From positions 1 through 39,066 of the forward strand of contig JAZOTI010000156.1 in NCBI GenBank assembly GCA_045657565.1: a stretch of DNA of 39,066 nucleotides, read 5' to 3'. Each line of letters starts with the position of its first letter. The first letter of the stretch is position 1. This DNA is from Oscillospiraceae bacterium (lineage in GTDB: Bacteria; Bacillota; Clostridia; Oscillospirales; Ruminococcaceae). The position numbers were made by a program, and so were the translations under genes. Below are positions 8,823 to 17,674 of the stretch, piece after piece. The notes below the pieces were generated by a model. That model did no database searches, was not told the origin of the DNA, and saw nothing but the letters and a program-made list of their open reading frames with translations.

Positions 8823-10742
8823 ATGAAAAAACTGATAAAAGGCATTGGTATTTTTATAGCAATGGTTCTTGTTTCCATCTCCTTCTCCTTCAACGCATTT
8901 GCGGCAAGTCCAAACTATGATGTTACTATTCTTTTCACTCACGATTTACATTCTCACCTTTTGCCTTCCATAGCTGAAGAAGGCGGTGAATATGGTGGTT
9001 ATGCGAGACTTATGACAGCTATCAATCAGCAGAAAGCAAAATATCCCGACGCTATACTGGTTGACGGCGGCGACTTTGCTATGGGTTCATTGTTTCAAAG
9101 TGCTTACACCACAAGTGCAATTGAACTGCGAATGATGGGTGCAATGGGCTATGATGTAGCCACATTTGGCAACCACGAATTCGACTATCTTCCAAAAGGA
9201 CTTGCTTCCATGCTTAATGTTGCCGCAGACTGCGGTGAATACGTTCCACAGATTGTTGAATCCAACTATCTTCCACCTGTAGTTGGTGCTGACAATTACA
9301 CTGATGACTCAGCTCTTATGTGGGATGCTTTGGAAAACTATGGTGTAAAAGACTATACAATTATCGAAAAGAACGATGTATATTTTGTTGTCTTTGGTGT
9401 TATGGGTTATGACTCTGATGATTGTGCCCCAAACAGCGGTATGGTGTTTGAAGAACCAACAGCAAAAGCACAAACAACAGTTGATGCAGCTGTTGCTGAA
9501 TGTGTTGAACTTTACGGATCAGACCCAATTGTAATCTGTCTTTCCCACAGTGGTACAAGCCGCGGTGAGGGTGAAGACTATGAGCTTGCAAAAGCTGTAA
9601 ACGGTATTGATGTTATAGTTTCAGCACATACTCACACAACATTAAACGAACCAATTGTTGTAAATGATACATATATTGTCTCTGCAGGCGAATACGGCAA
9701 AAACCTTGGTGTTGTAAACCTTAGTTTTGTTCCTAACACTCCAGCTGTTCTTACGGGTTATGAGCTTATTCCTATCAACGAAACTGTTGCAGAAGATGAA
9801 AGAATCGCAACCCTTACAGAAAGCTTCAAAACAAATGTGGAAACCGATTATCTTTCAAAATACGGTGTTACATATGATCAGATTGTCGTAAACAATCCTT
9901 ATAAGTTTGAAAATGTTAAAACAATAAAATCCACCCAGCATGAAAGTCCTGTGTGCAACATCTTCTCCGATGCATATAAATGGGCTGTTGAACAAGTCAC
10001 CGGAGAAACCGTTGATATGGCTGTAACCGCTGCAGGTGTTGTGCGAGAAAGCCTGCCTACAGGTGATATTTCTGTTTCAGATGTTTTTAATGCAGCAAGT
10101 CTCGGTGTTGGTACAGAAGGCGAACTTGTTTCTGTGTACCTTACCGGCAAAGAACTTAAAACCGCAATGGAAATTGATGCATCTGTTCAGCCGCTTATGG
10201 GCGCTGCCCAGCTTTATTGTTCCGGTGTTGAATATTCCTTCAACAAAAGCCGTATGATTTTCAACAAAATTGATTATGCAATGCTCCGCAGAGATAATGG
10301 CATACTTGAAGAAATTGACGATAACAAACTTTATAATGTTGTAACAGGTATGTACTGCGGTGAAATGCTCGGTGGTGTTCAGGAAACTTCTTTTGGTCTG
10401 CTTTCAATTGTTCCAAAAGACAAAGAAGGCAATCCTATTGATATGGAAAGACTTTCCGACTATGTGGTAAAAGACAAAAACGGAAACCCTGTAAAAGAAT
10501 GGTATGCTATTTCTTCCTATCTTATGGAAATGGGAGGAAAAATGGACGAAAAATACGCTTCCACCGATGGCAGAAAAATTGTGTATTCCAGCCTTAATCC
10601 TGCAAAACTTCTTAAAAACGCAAACAAATTCACCTATATTCTTATCGGCGTCATTGTTGTTCTTATCATCCTGGTTGTTTTGCTGATACATCTTGTGTCA
10701 AAAATCATCAAAAGAACAAAAAATAAAAAAACAATTAAATAA
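8823..10742 (+). CDS. bifunctional metallophosphatase / 5'-nucleotidase, secreted and C-terminally membrane-anchored
   Basis: Calcineurin-like motifs THDLHSH, DGGDFAMGS and GNHEFD, followed by a 5'-nucleotidase-type C-terminal domain. N-terminal signal peptide (GIGIFIAMVLVSISFSFNAFA) and C-terminal TM helix plus basic tail (ILIGVIVVLIILVVLLIHLVSKIIKRTKNKK). Start trimmed to MKKLIKG (ATG at 8823). Confidence 0.88.
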   Translation: MKKLIKGIGIFIAMVLVSISFSFNAFAASPNYDVTILFTHDLHSHLLPSIAEEGGEYGGYARLMTAINQQKAKYPDAILVDGGDFAMGSLFQSAYTTSAIELRMMGAMGYDVATFGNHEFDYLPKGLASMLNVAADCGEYVPQIVESNYLPPVVGADNYTDDSALMWDALENYGVKDYTIIEKNDVYFVVFGVMGYDSDDCAPNSGMVFEEPTAKAQTTVDAAVAECVELYGSDPIVICLSHSGTSRGEGEDYELAKAVNGIDVIVSAHTHTTLNEPIVVNDTYIVSAGEYGKNLGVVNLSFVPNTPAVLTGYELIPINETVAEDERIATLTESFKTNVETDYLSKYGVTYDQIVVNNPYKFENVKTIKSTQHESPVCNIFSDAYKWAVEQVTGETVDMAVTAAGVVRESLPTGDISVSDVFNAASLGVGTEGELVSVYLTGKELKTAMEIDASVQPLMGAAQLYCSGVEYSFNKSRMIFNKIDYAMLRRDNGILEEIDDNKLYNVVTGMYCGEMLGGVQETSFGLLSIVPKDKEGNPIDMERLSDYVVKDKNGNPVKEWYAISSYLMEMGGKMDEKYASTDGRKIVYSSLNPAKLLKNANKFTYILIGVIVVLIILVVLLIHLVSKIIKRTKNKKTIK

Positions 10743-10754
10743 CTTAATTTTCCA

Positions 10755-10793
10755 AAAAACAGGGCATATTTTTACAGGTATGTCCTGTTTTTG
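10755..10793 (+). terminator. rho-independent terminator after the nucleotidase gene
   Basis: AACAGGGCATA ... TATGTCCTGTT (one G-U pair), followed by TTTTT. Confidence 0.6.
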
Positions 10794-10827
10794 TAATATT
10801 AATACATATTTTTAAGACATAATTGCC

Positions 10828-10856
10828 TTGTCTTATACATATATATTGTGTATAAT
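10828..10856 (+). promoter_or_regulatory. candidate promoter of the riboswitch-symporter transcript
   Basis: TTGTCT, a 17 nt spacer, then TATAAT (10851-10856). Confidence 0.4.
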
Positions 10857-10891
10857 TTAACCAATTAATACAACTGAATATCCAAATGATT

Positions 10892-11019
10892 TCTGCAGGA
10901 GCTGTATATTAAATATCAGTGGCTGCAGATTGATGGAACTCTGGAGACATCTGCTTTGTGCAGGGGCCGAAGGTGCAAGCATAAATATTTATGTAAACTC
11001 TCAGGCAAAGAGGACAGAG
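10892..11019 (+). promoter_or_regulatory. glycine riboswitch: one complete aptamer (10939-11019) preceded by a non-aptamer hairpin (10892-10929)
   Basis: 10939-11019 reads CTCTGGAGAC-(hairpin)-GGGGCCGAAGGTGCAAGC-(hairpin)-AAACTCTCAGGCAAAGAGGACAGAG. This matches the conserved glycine aptamer core (CUCUGGAGAG ... CCGAAGGxGCAA ... CUCUCAGGCAAAAGGACAG). It lies upstream of an alanine/glycine:cation symporter, a classic glycine-riboswitch target. Confidence 0.85.
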
Positions 11020-11048
11020 ATAAAAATCATAATATGATTTTTTATGTT

Positions 11049-11088
11049 GACGATGGGTTCCTTTTAGGTTTCCTTCGTCTTTTTTATT
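11049..11088 (+). terminator. riboswitch expression-platform terminator (candidate)
   Basis: GACGATGGGTTCC tttta GGTTTCCTTCGTC, an imperfect stem, followed by TTTTTTATTT. It sits 47 nt upstream of the symporter ATG. Confidence 0.5.
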
Positions 11089-11134
11089 TGATGGTATTTA
11101 AGTTGGTTAAAATATTTACACAGGAGATCATCTT

Positions 11135-12520
11135 ATGAAAGAAATCATCACTTCAGTTAACAGTTCAATCAACAGTTTTGTATGGGGCCCTGTTATGCTC
11201 GCTTTGCTTGTGGGTACAGGTGTTTATCTTACTATCCGCACAGGGTTTATACAGGTTAAATGGTTCGGATACATAATGAAACATACTGTAGGAGGACTTT
11301 TCGGAAAATCCGATGATAAAGACCACGGCAATAACCTTACACCTTTTCAGGCTGTTACAACCGCTCTGGCTGGTACAGTTGGCACCGGCAATATTGCAGG
11401 TGTTACAGGCGCTATCTTTGTAGGCGGTCCCGGTGCTGTGTTCTGGATGTGGGTTTCAGCATTTTTTGGTATGTGCACAAAGTACGCAGAAATTGCCCTT
11501 GCAATGAAATACCGTGTTACCGATAATAACGGTGTTCACAAAGGCGGTCCTATGTATTATATTGAAAAAGGGCTTGGCAAAAACTGTAAATGGCTTGCTG
11601 TTATTTTTGCAGCTCTTGGTGGGCTTGCATCATTTGGTATCGGCAACATTGCACAGTCCAGCGAAATTGCAGGTGCAATGAAAGGGCTTGTTGGTATGAA
11701 TCCAATGTTTACAGGTATCTTTCTTTCCATTATTGTTGCTTTTGTTCTCATTGGCGGTGTTAAACGTATTGGTCATATTACAAGCTATCTTGTTCCTTTC
11801 ATGGCTATGTTCTATATTGCAGCAGGTATTGTTGTTATCGTCATGAGAATCGGTGACATTCCTTCTGTATTGGTATCAATTATTACATCAGCTTTCAGCT
11901 TCGAAGCTGTTGGCGGCGGTGTATTCGGCTACGCTATTGTAATTGCTATGAAACAGGGCTTCGCAAGAGGCGTTTTTTCCAACGAAGCAGGTCTTGGTTC
12001 TGCACCTATTGCCCACGCCGCTTCCTCCACTGAAGAACCTGCTGAACAGGCAATATGGGGTGTATTTGAGGTGTTTATCGACACAATCATTATCTGTTCT
12101 ATTACTGCATTTGCAGTTCTCCTTTCGGGCGCAGAACTGGGCAGCGAAGCTTTATCAATGTACACTTCCAAAGGTGCTGCAGCAGTTGCTGCTTTCAACT
12201 CTATTCTTCCCGGCACAATTGGCGGCACTATTATTCAGATCAGTCTTTTGTTCTTTGCTCTTTCTACTATTCTCAGCTGGGCATACTACGGAGAAAGCTG
12301 CTGGAACTACATTACTGGCAACAGCAAAATATTCAATGCATTTTATAAAGCTGCATTTATACTGTTCTGTATCGTTGGTGCGACAGGCAGCGGCACATTG
12401 ATGTGGGACATCGCAGACACTCTTAACGGTATGATGGCAATTCCTAACCTTATTGCTCTCATTCTTCTTTCCGGTGTTGTTACAGGCATTACTAAAGACT
12501 ATTTTAAAGATAAAAAATAA
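11135..12520 (+). CDS. alanine/glycine:cation symporter (AGCS family)
   Basis: 461 aa polytopic protein. The N-terminus (WGPVMLALLVGTGVYLTIRTGFIQV), TALAGTVGTGNIAGV and FSNEAGLGSAPIAHA are hallmark AGCS segments. Confidence 0.92.
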   Translation: MKEIITSVNSSINSFVWGPVMLALLVGTGVYLTIRTGFIQVKWFGYIMKHTVGGLFGKSDDKDHGNNLTPFQAVTTALAGTVGTGNIAGVTGAIFVGGPGAVFWMWVSAFFGMCTKYAEIALAMKYRVTDNNGVHKGGPMYYIEKGLGKNCKWLAVIFAALGGLASFGIGNIAQSSEIAGAMKGLVGMNPMFTGIFLSIIVAFVLIGGVKRIGHITSYLVPFMAMFYIAAGIVVIVMRIGDIPSVLVSIITSAFSFEAVGGGVFGYAIVIAMKQGFARGVFSNEAGLGSAPIAHAASSTEEPAEQAIWGVFEVFIDTIIICSITAFAVLLSGAELGSEALSMYTSKGAAAVAAFNSILPGTIGGTIIQISLLFFALSTILSWAYYGESCWNYITGNSKIFNAFYKAAFILFCIVGATGSGTLMWDIADTLNGMMAIPNLIALILLSGVVTGITKDYFKDKK

Positions 12521-12547
12521 TAACACATTGATTTACTGAACTAATTC

Positions 12548-12582
12548 AAAGGCACAGCAGGCTGATTGCTGTGCCTTTCTTG
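12548..12582 (+). terminator. rho-independent terminator
   Basis: AAAGGCACAGCA ggctgat TGCTGTGCCTTT, followed by CTTGT, which is only a weak U-tract. Confidence 0.65.
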
Positions 12583-12752
12583 TACTTGTGAAGTTAATAG
12601 GATATACTCAACCCAAAAGTTATATTAATAGATATACAGTACAATTTCATCTTTTCATAAACAATAACTAATGTTACATTATTGCAATCACAGTGCCTTA
12701 ATGTTATTATTCTGTTATACGACAAATCAAATAAATAATGTGAGGTATGTTT

Positions 12753-13229
12753 ATGAAACAATTTGTTGACAAATCTTTTTCCGTTTTCGCAAAAGAATGG
12801 GCACTTGTTACCGCTGGCACTCCTGACAACTGCAACACAATGACTATCGCCTGGGGTGGCCTTGGCACTTTGTGGAGCAAACCTGTTGCAACGGTTTATG
12901 TTAAACCTTGCAGATATACACATTCTTTCCTTGAAAGTAACGAATACTTTACTGTAAGTTTCTTTGATGAAGAACATAAAAAAGCTTTGGGTGTACTTGG
13001 CACAAAATCCGGCCGTGATGGCGATAAAATTGCAGAGGTTGGCTTTGATGTTGTTCCTTGCGGTGAAAGCGTAACCTTCAAACAGGCTAAACTTACAATT
13101 CTGTGTAAAAAAATATACCGTCAGGACCTTGACACTTCCGCAATGCCTGAAGCTGTTATCAAAACATATTATCTTGAAGAAGAACCACATACAATGTTTG
13201 TGGGCGAAGTTATCGGCGTAATTGAATAA
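12753..13229 (+). CDS. flavin reductase-like (FMN-binding split-barrel) protein
   Basis: NTMTIAWGGLGTLWSKPVATVYVKPCRYTHSFLESNEYFTVSFF fits the flavin reductase / flavoredoxin pattern. The ATG at 12753 has better spacing to the GAGG at 12742-12745 than the ORF-track ATG at 12747. Confidence 0.75.
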   Translation: MKQFVDKSFSVFAKEWALVTAGTPDNCNTMTIAWGGLGTLWSKPVATVYVKPCRYTHSFLESNEYFTVSFFDEEHKKALGVLGTKSGRDGDKIAEVGFDVVPCGESVTFKQAKLTILCKKIYRQDLDTSAMPEAVIKTYYLEEEPHTMFVGEVIGVIE

Positions 13230-13231
13230 AC

Positions 13232-13276
13232 AAAAAACAATCCCACAAGGTATAAACCCTGTGGGATTTTGTTTTT
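13232..13276. terminator. bidirectional terminator between convergent genes
   Basis: AAAAAAC AATCCCACA-aggtataaaccc-TGTGGGATT TTGTTTTT. Confidence 0.75.
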
Positions 13277-13284
13277 ATGTTCTG

Positions 13285-14655
13285 TTAATTGAAACTGTAA
13301 AGCCAGTCTGATTTAAGCAGGTATATCAGGAACAGCACCGAACTGATAAACCATGTAAGCGGATACGCCCAATAAATTGCATTGATTACAGGAACAATTC
13401 TTACAATTATAGTAATATATGTAATTCTGAGCACACACCATATACTGAGCATAATGTACATTGGTATAACTGCACGGCCTGCACCGCGAAGAATTGCAGC
13501 ACAGCAATGGCTGAATGCAAGCAATCCATAGAACAGACATACTGTTCTTGCATGGGTTACACCAAATGCAACAACTTCAGGGTTACTGTCAAACATACCT
13601 ACAAGCATAGGAGCAAGAATAAATATCAGCAAACCGATAACTTCTGCAAGCCCCGCGCTGCACATAATACCGAATTTTGCACCTTTTTGTGCTCTTTCGT
13701 ATTCTTTTGCGCCAAGGTTCTGGCTGATAAAGGTTGTAAGAGACATTGAGAAGCAGTTAACAGGCAAGAAACCGAAACCTTCAATTTTGGAGTAGGAACC
13801 ACTGCCCGCCATTGCCAGTTTGCCAAACGCATTGATGTTGGACTGAACAACAACATTTGCCAGTGAAATAATTGAGTTCTGAACACCTGAAGGCAGACCG
13901 TAACGGAGAATAGTACCCAGGGTTTCAAGGTCAAACCCAATTTTTGACAATGTAATTTTATATTCAGCATCAATGCGCAGCAGATGTATGAGACAAAGGA
14001 TTGCACTGAGGAACTGTGCTATTACAGTTGCATATGCTGCACCTTCAACACCCATACCAAATACGCCAATGAACAAAAGGTCAAGCACTACATTGACAAT
14101 GGAAGATACGATGAGGTATACCAAAGGATGCTTTGAATCCCCTACTGACTGCAATATACCAACCATACAGTTGTACATTACAAAGCCCAATGAACCAAGG
14201 AAATATGTTTTGAAATAGGCCACGGAATTAGGCATAACATCTTCCGGTGTTCCCATAAGGCGGAGCAGTATAGGAGAAAGCACCATACCAATAACTGTCA
14301 GCACAACGCCTGCAACCAATGCAAGCGCAACCGCTGTGTGAATGGCTTTGGATAATTTTTCAAATCTTTTTGCACCATAGTTTCGTGCAACAACAACACC
14401 TGAACCCATAAACACGCCGTTGAAAAAACCAACCATAAGGAAGATAAGGCTGCTGGAGGAGCTTACTGCCGCAAGGGCATCACTTCCCAGAAAGTTACCA
14501 ACTATGAGAGAGTCGGCAGTGTTGTAAAGCTGCTGAAACAGATTTCCCCAAAAAAGAGGTATTGCAAAAAATATAATTTTTTTGCCTATAGGGCCTTCTG
14601 TCATACGGATTGCTCCGGTGGTTTTAGACCCTTTTAATTGTTTTTGTTTGAGCAT
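13285..14655 (-). CDS. MATE family efflux transporter
   Basis: 456 aa, about 12 TM helices. The N-terminal IIFFAIPLFWGNLFQQLYNTADSLIVGNFLG is the typical MATE start. It begins only 30 nt downstream of the M3 peptidase gene stop. Confidence 0.88.
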   Translation of the reverse strand: MLKQKQLKGSKTTGAIRMTEGPIGKKIIFFAIPLFWGNLFQQLYNTADSLIVGNFLGSDALAAVSSSSSLIFLMVGFFNGVFMGSGVVVARNYGAKRFEKLSKAIHTAVALALVAGVVLTVIGMVLSPILLRLMGTPEDVMPNSVAYFKTYFLGSLGFVMYNCMVGILQSVGDSKHPLVYLIVSSIVNVVLDLLFIGVFGMGVEGAAYATVIAQFLSAILCLIHLLRIDAEYKITLSKIGFDLETLGTILRYGLPSGVQNSIISLANVVVQSNINAFGKLAMAGSGSYSKIEGFGFLPVNCFSMSLTTFISQNLGAKEYERAQKGAKFGIMCSAGLAEVIGLLIFILAPMLVGMFDSNPEVVAFGVTHARTVCLFYGLLAFSHCCAAILRGAGRAVIPMYIMLSIWCVLRITYITIIVRIVPVINAIYWAYPLTWFISSVLFLIYLLKSDWLYSFN

Positions 14656-14685
14656 ATCTGTTATATGCCTCCATTTCAGCTTGAT

Positions 14686-16365
14686 TTATTCGGAAATTTT
14701 TGTACCGATAAATGCCATGATTTTTTCCAGTGTGCCTTCTTTGAGCGGATTGGAAAGACCTACATGTTCCAATGTATCAAAGTAGCTGCGACTGCCGCCG
14801 GACTGACAGAGTTTGTAGTAATCTGCCCATGCCTGTTCACGGTTTTCTTCCATTTTCTGATAGAATTCAAAAGCACTCATCTGTGCAATTGCATAGTCTA
14901 CATAGTAGAATGGATTGATAAAGATATGTGGTTTCTGCATCCAGAAGCCGCCATTGTTGAGGAAATCGTTATCAGCATAGTGACGCCATGGCATATATTT
15001 TTCTTCAAGTTCTTTCCATACACGGCGACGGCCTGCTGCGTCAAGATTTTCTTCATACTGACGGTGCTGGAGTTCGTCAACACAAATCATATAAGGAACT
15101 GCAGAAAGTGCATATTCGATGTGTCTGATGCGGTAACGGTCAGCTTTGTCACCAAAGAATTTTTCCATCCAAGGATATGTGAAGAGTTCCATAGACATTG
15201 ATGGAATTTCACCCTGTTCTGCTGTGCCCCATACTGTTGATGAGATTTTGTGGCATCTGCTGGATGTGTAAGCCTGGAATGCATGACCTGCTTCGTGTGT
15301 GAGAACGTCAACGTCGTCTGCTGTGCCGTTGAAGTTAGCAAAGATAAATGGTGCTTTTTCTGTTGGAAGGAATGCACAGTAACCGCCAAGCATTTTGCCC
15401 ATTTTTGCATCAAGGTCATACAGTTCGTGTTCTGTCATAAAATCAAAGAACTCTGCTGTTTCTGGGGAAAGTTCTGTGTACATTTCTTTTGCCCACTGAA
15501 CCATCTGGTCTCTGTCGCCGATTGGCACTGCATTGCCGTCTGGGTCTGTGAGTTTTTCATCATACCAGTTGAGTGTTTCAAGACCAATACGTTTTGCCTG
15601 TGCTTTGAAGGAACGTTCAACAAGTGGTACAACGTGTTTGCGAACCTGTTCACGGTAAACAGCAACATCTGCAGGAGTGTAGTCAAAACGGCTCATTCTT
15701 GCATAGATAAAGTCAATATAGCTGTCAAAACCAAGTTTTTTAGCCATTTTGCTTCTCACTGCTACCATTTCGTCATAAATTCTGTCAAGTTCATCTGCGA
15801 TACTTTCGTAGAATTTTGCCCATTCGTCAAATGCTGCTTTTCTTACTTCGCGGTTTTTGTCGCCCATATATTTGAGCAAACCGGAAAGGTTGCACATTTC
15901 GCCGTTGAATTCAACCTGACAGCCTGCAGAAACACGGCTGAATTCCTGGCAGAGTTCTGCATCTTTTGCCATATCTTCCACAACTTCAGGACTTGCCAGC
16001 TTGAGGGAGATTTCCATACGTTTTGTGATAAGTGTGCCGAATTCTTCTTCAAATTCTTTACGGAATGGGCTTTCAAGCAATGCTTTGCTTGCATCAAGTT
16101 CGAGAACTGCAAATGTGCCGCCTTCAGCATAGTAAGCGCTCATTTCGTCAGCATAGAATTTGTCGTTTGTATCGATGGAGTTGCGGATGTATGCAACGTC
16201 GCTCATAACGTTAAATTTTTTGCTTTCTTCTTCTCTGTTCAGGAAGATTTTGCGGAGTTCTTCATAACTCTGAGCATTTTTGATATCAGATGCATATTTT
16301 TTGATAGCTTCTTTTTCTTTTTCAAAATCAGGCCTGATATACTCAAATTCTTTAAAAGTTGTCAT
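14686..16365 (-). CDS. M3 family oligoendopeptidase (PepF-like), cytoplasmic
   Basis: 559 aa with zinc motif HEAGHAF and a downstream glutamate-rich region (AEQGEIPSMSMELF). No signal peptide. RBS aggagaaacaaataa precedes the ATG. Confidence 0.85.
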   Translation of the reverse strand: MTTFKEFEYIRPDFEKEKEAIKKYASDIKNAQSYEELRKIFLNREEESKKFNVMSDVAYIRNSIDTNDKFYADEMSAYYAEGGTFAVLELDASKALLESPFRKEFEEEFGTLITKRMEISLKLASPEVVEDMAKDAELCQEFSRVSAGCQVEFNGEMCNLSGLLKYMGDKNREVRKAAFDEWAKFYESIADELDRIYDEMVAVRSKMAKKLGFDSYIDFIYARMSRFDYTPADVAVYREQVRKHVVPLVERSFKAQAKRIGLETLNWYDEKLTDPDGNAVPIGDRDQMVQWAKEMYTELSPETAEFFDFMTEHELYDLDAKMGKMLGGYCAFLPTEKAPFIFANFNGTADDVDVLTHEAGHAFQAYTSSRCHKISSTVWGTAEQGEIPSMSMELFTYPWMEKFFGDKADRYRIRHIEYALSAVPYMICVDELQHRQYEENLDAAGRRRVWKELEEKYMPWRHYADNDFLNNGGFWMQKPHIFINPFYYVDYAIAQMSAFEFYQKMEENREQAWADYYKLCQSGGSRSYFDTLEHVGLSNPLKEGTLEKIMAFIGTKISE

Positions 16366-16391
16366 TTATTTGTTTCTCCTTTCAGAAACTT

Positions 16392-16428
16392 TTTATTTAA
16401 AGACGGCAGACAGTACCGCCTGCCGTCT
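16392..16428 (-). terminator. stem-loop / weak terminator between the M6-like and M3 genes
   Basis: AGACGGCAG (16401-16409) pairs with CTGCCGTCT (16420-16428). The minus strand continues TTAAATAAAAAG, a poor U-tract. Confidence 0.4.
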
Positions 16429-16460
16429 GATTTGCTTTTTTCAAGCACGATAATATAAAA

Positions 16461-17522
16461 TTATCTTTCTACTTTAATACGGCCGCCGCCAAGGCTTGTC
16501 ACGGAGATGCCGTCACGGCTTACTGTTTCACCTGCACGACAGATACCGTCAAGTTTGTCACGGTCAATCTGGAGATAAAGTTCTTCCTGTGGAGGAATGA
16601 GACTGATACAGCCTTTACCGCTGCGGATTGTGCCGTCGATGCGGTAAACAAGGATTGCTTCTTCAGTAAGATTTTCATCAAGGCCAAGAGGCTGACGATA
16701 TTCAACAATATATCCGTGATATTCATCCAGCGGAATGATAACGCCTTTAAGACCTTCTGCTGTTTCAACAGGTGTAAGCTGGTATTCCCCGCTTTCCTCT
16801 GCAACTGCAAACTGTTCATCATCCAACCAGCCAAGACGCCATTTGCTGTAAGCAATGTAGTCTGGTGCTATGCCTTCAATCCAGCCCATAAGGTCCCATG
16901 TGCCGCAATGGCCGAAAGCATCTCGTGCGCCTTCTGTAACACCATATGTATAAAGGTCAGGAAGGCCCATAATATGCCCTGTTTCGTGAGCAAGGAGCAA
17001 GCCTTTACGTTTGTACATATCCTTACCGAAAGTTACTGCAAGTCCGATTTTTTCGCCGTTTCTGCACACTACAGGACGGGATGCGTCAACCATAGTTGGT
17101 GAATAAGGAACTTCTGCACCATGTACAGGACAAACATAGAGAATATCAAACTGTGAATAGTCCACATCATCGCAGGTTATATCCATAGCATCCTTGAGAT
17201 ATGCACGCTGACGTGGGCCTGTGATGCCTTTGTTCATTTCATAAACTTCGTCATCTTTAGGCATTGTGTACCATTTGTCAAAAAGAACAATTTCAAGGTC
17301 AAGTTTACCATAGGAAATTATATCAAAAACTCTGAGACCATCAGTTGCCAGAAGATCATAGTAAAAATCAATGTCAGGATACTGACTATCTGCTGCTTTT
17401 TTGTTTGGGAAGTCAACACATACAAAAGCTGCTCTCAGTTTTTTATGTGCATCTGCTGCCTGAGTATAGTCAATTGCAAAACCGCCGTTGAGATCATCAA
17501 TTGTAGATTTGAATTTATACAT
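16461..17522 (-). CDS. M6 (InhA)-like zinc metalloprotease domain protein, no signal peptide
   Basis: AHETGHIMGLPDLY matches the HExxHxxGLPD(E/L)Y signature of immune-inhibitor-A / M6 peptidases. Start trimmed to MYKFKSTIDD (ATG at 17522) directly behind GGAGGTAC. The N-terminus is hydrophilic. Confidence 0.7.
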   Translation of the reverse strand: MYKFKSTIDDLNGGFAIDYTQAADAHKKLRAAFVCVDFPNKKAADSQYPDIDFYYDLLATDGLRVFDIISYGKLDLEIVLFDKWYTMPKDDEVYEMNKGITGPRQRAYLKDAMDITCDDVDYSQFDILYVCPVHGAEVPYSPTMVDASRPVVCRNGEKIGLAVTFGKDMYKRKGLLLAHETGHIMGLPDLYTYGVTEGARDAFGHCGTWDLMGWIEGIAPDYIAYSKWRLGWLDDEQFAVAEESGEYQLTPVETAEGLKGVIIPLDEYHGYIVEYRQPLGLDENLTEEAILVYRIDGTIRSGKGCISLIPPQEELYLQIDRDKLDGICRAGETVSRDGISVTSLGGGRIKVER

Positions 17523-17608
17523 ATAAGTACCTCCTGCCGTATAACCGGCATACAAAATAAATCTTTATCAAATTACATAAAATAAATTTATGTTTTACTT
17601 TTATACCG

Positions 17609-17639
17609 AATAACCACCGACATAAAGCCGGTGGTTATT
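17609..17639 (-). other. intercistronic stem-loop (DUF885 / M6-like)
   Basis: AATAACCACCG acataaagc CGGTGGTTATT. No clean U-tract on the coding strand. Confidence 0.45.
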
Positions 17640-17674
17640 GTAACGTTTATCAGAAAATTTTGCGCACTTATCAG

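Noticed and set aside
10956-11138. 60 aa ORF upstream of the symporter.
   Set aside because: It sits on the glycine riboswitch aptamer and its terminator. The RNA-element explanation is much stronger.
12594-13190. 198 aa minus-strand ORF opposite the flavin reductase gene.
   Set aside because: The plus-strand protein has the flavin-reductase motif pattern, an RBS and a terminator. The minus-strand ORF has none of these.
15250-16458. 402 aa plus-strand ORF antisense to the M3 peptidase gene. The same phenomenon occurs at 17660-19231, 19658-20440, 20520-21446, 24502-25419, 21516-21959 and 32094-33137.
   Set aside because: Each lies entirely inside a gene with clear family motifs on the opposite strand. 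The translations are Phe/Cys/Val-rich low-information strings. There is no RBS and no independent terminator. They are interpreted as codon-bias shadow ORFs.
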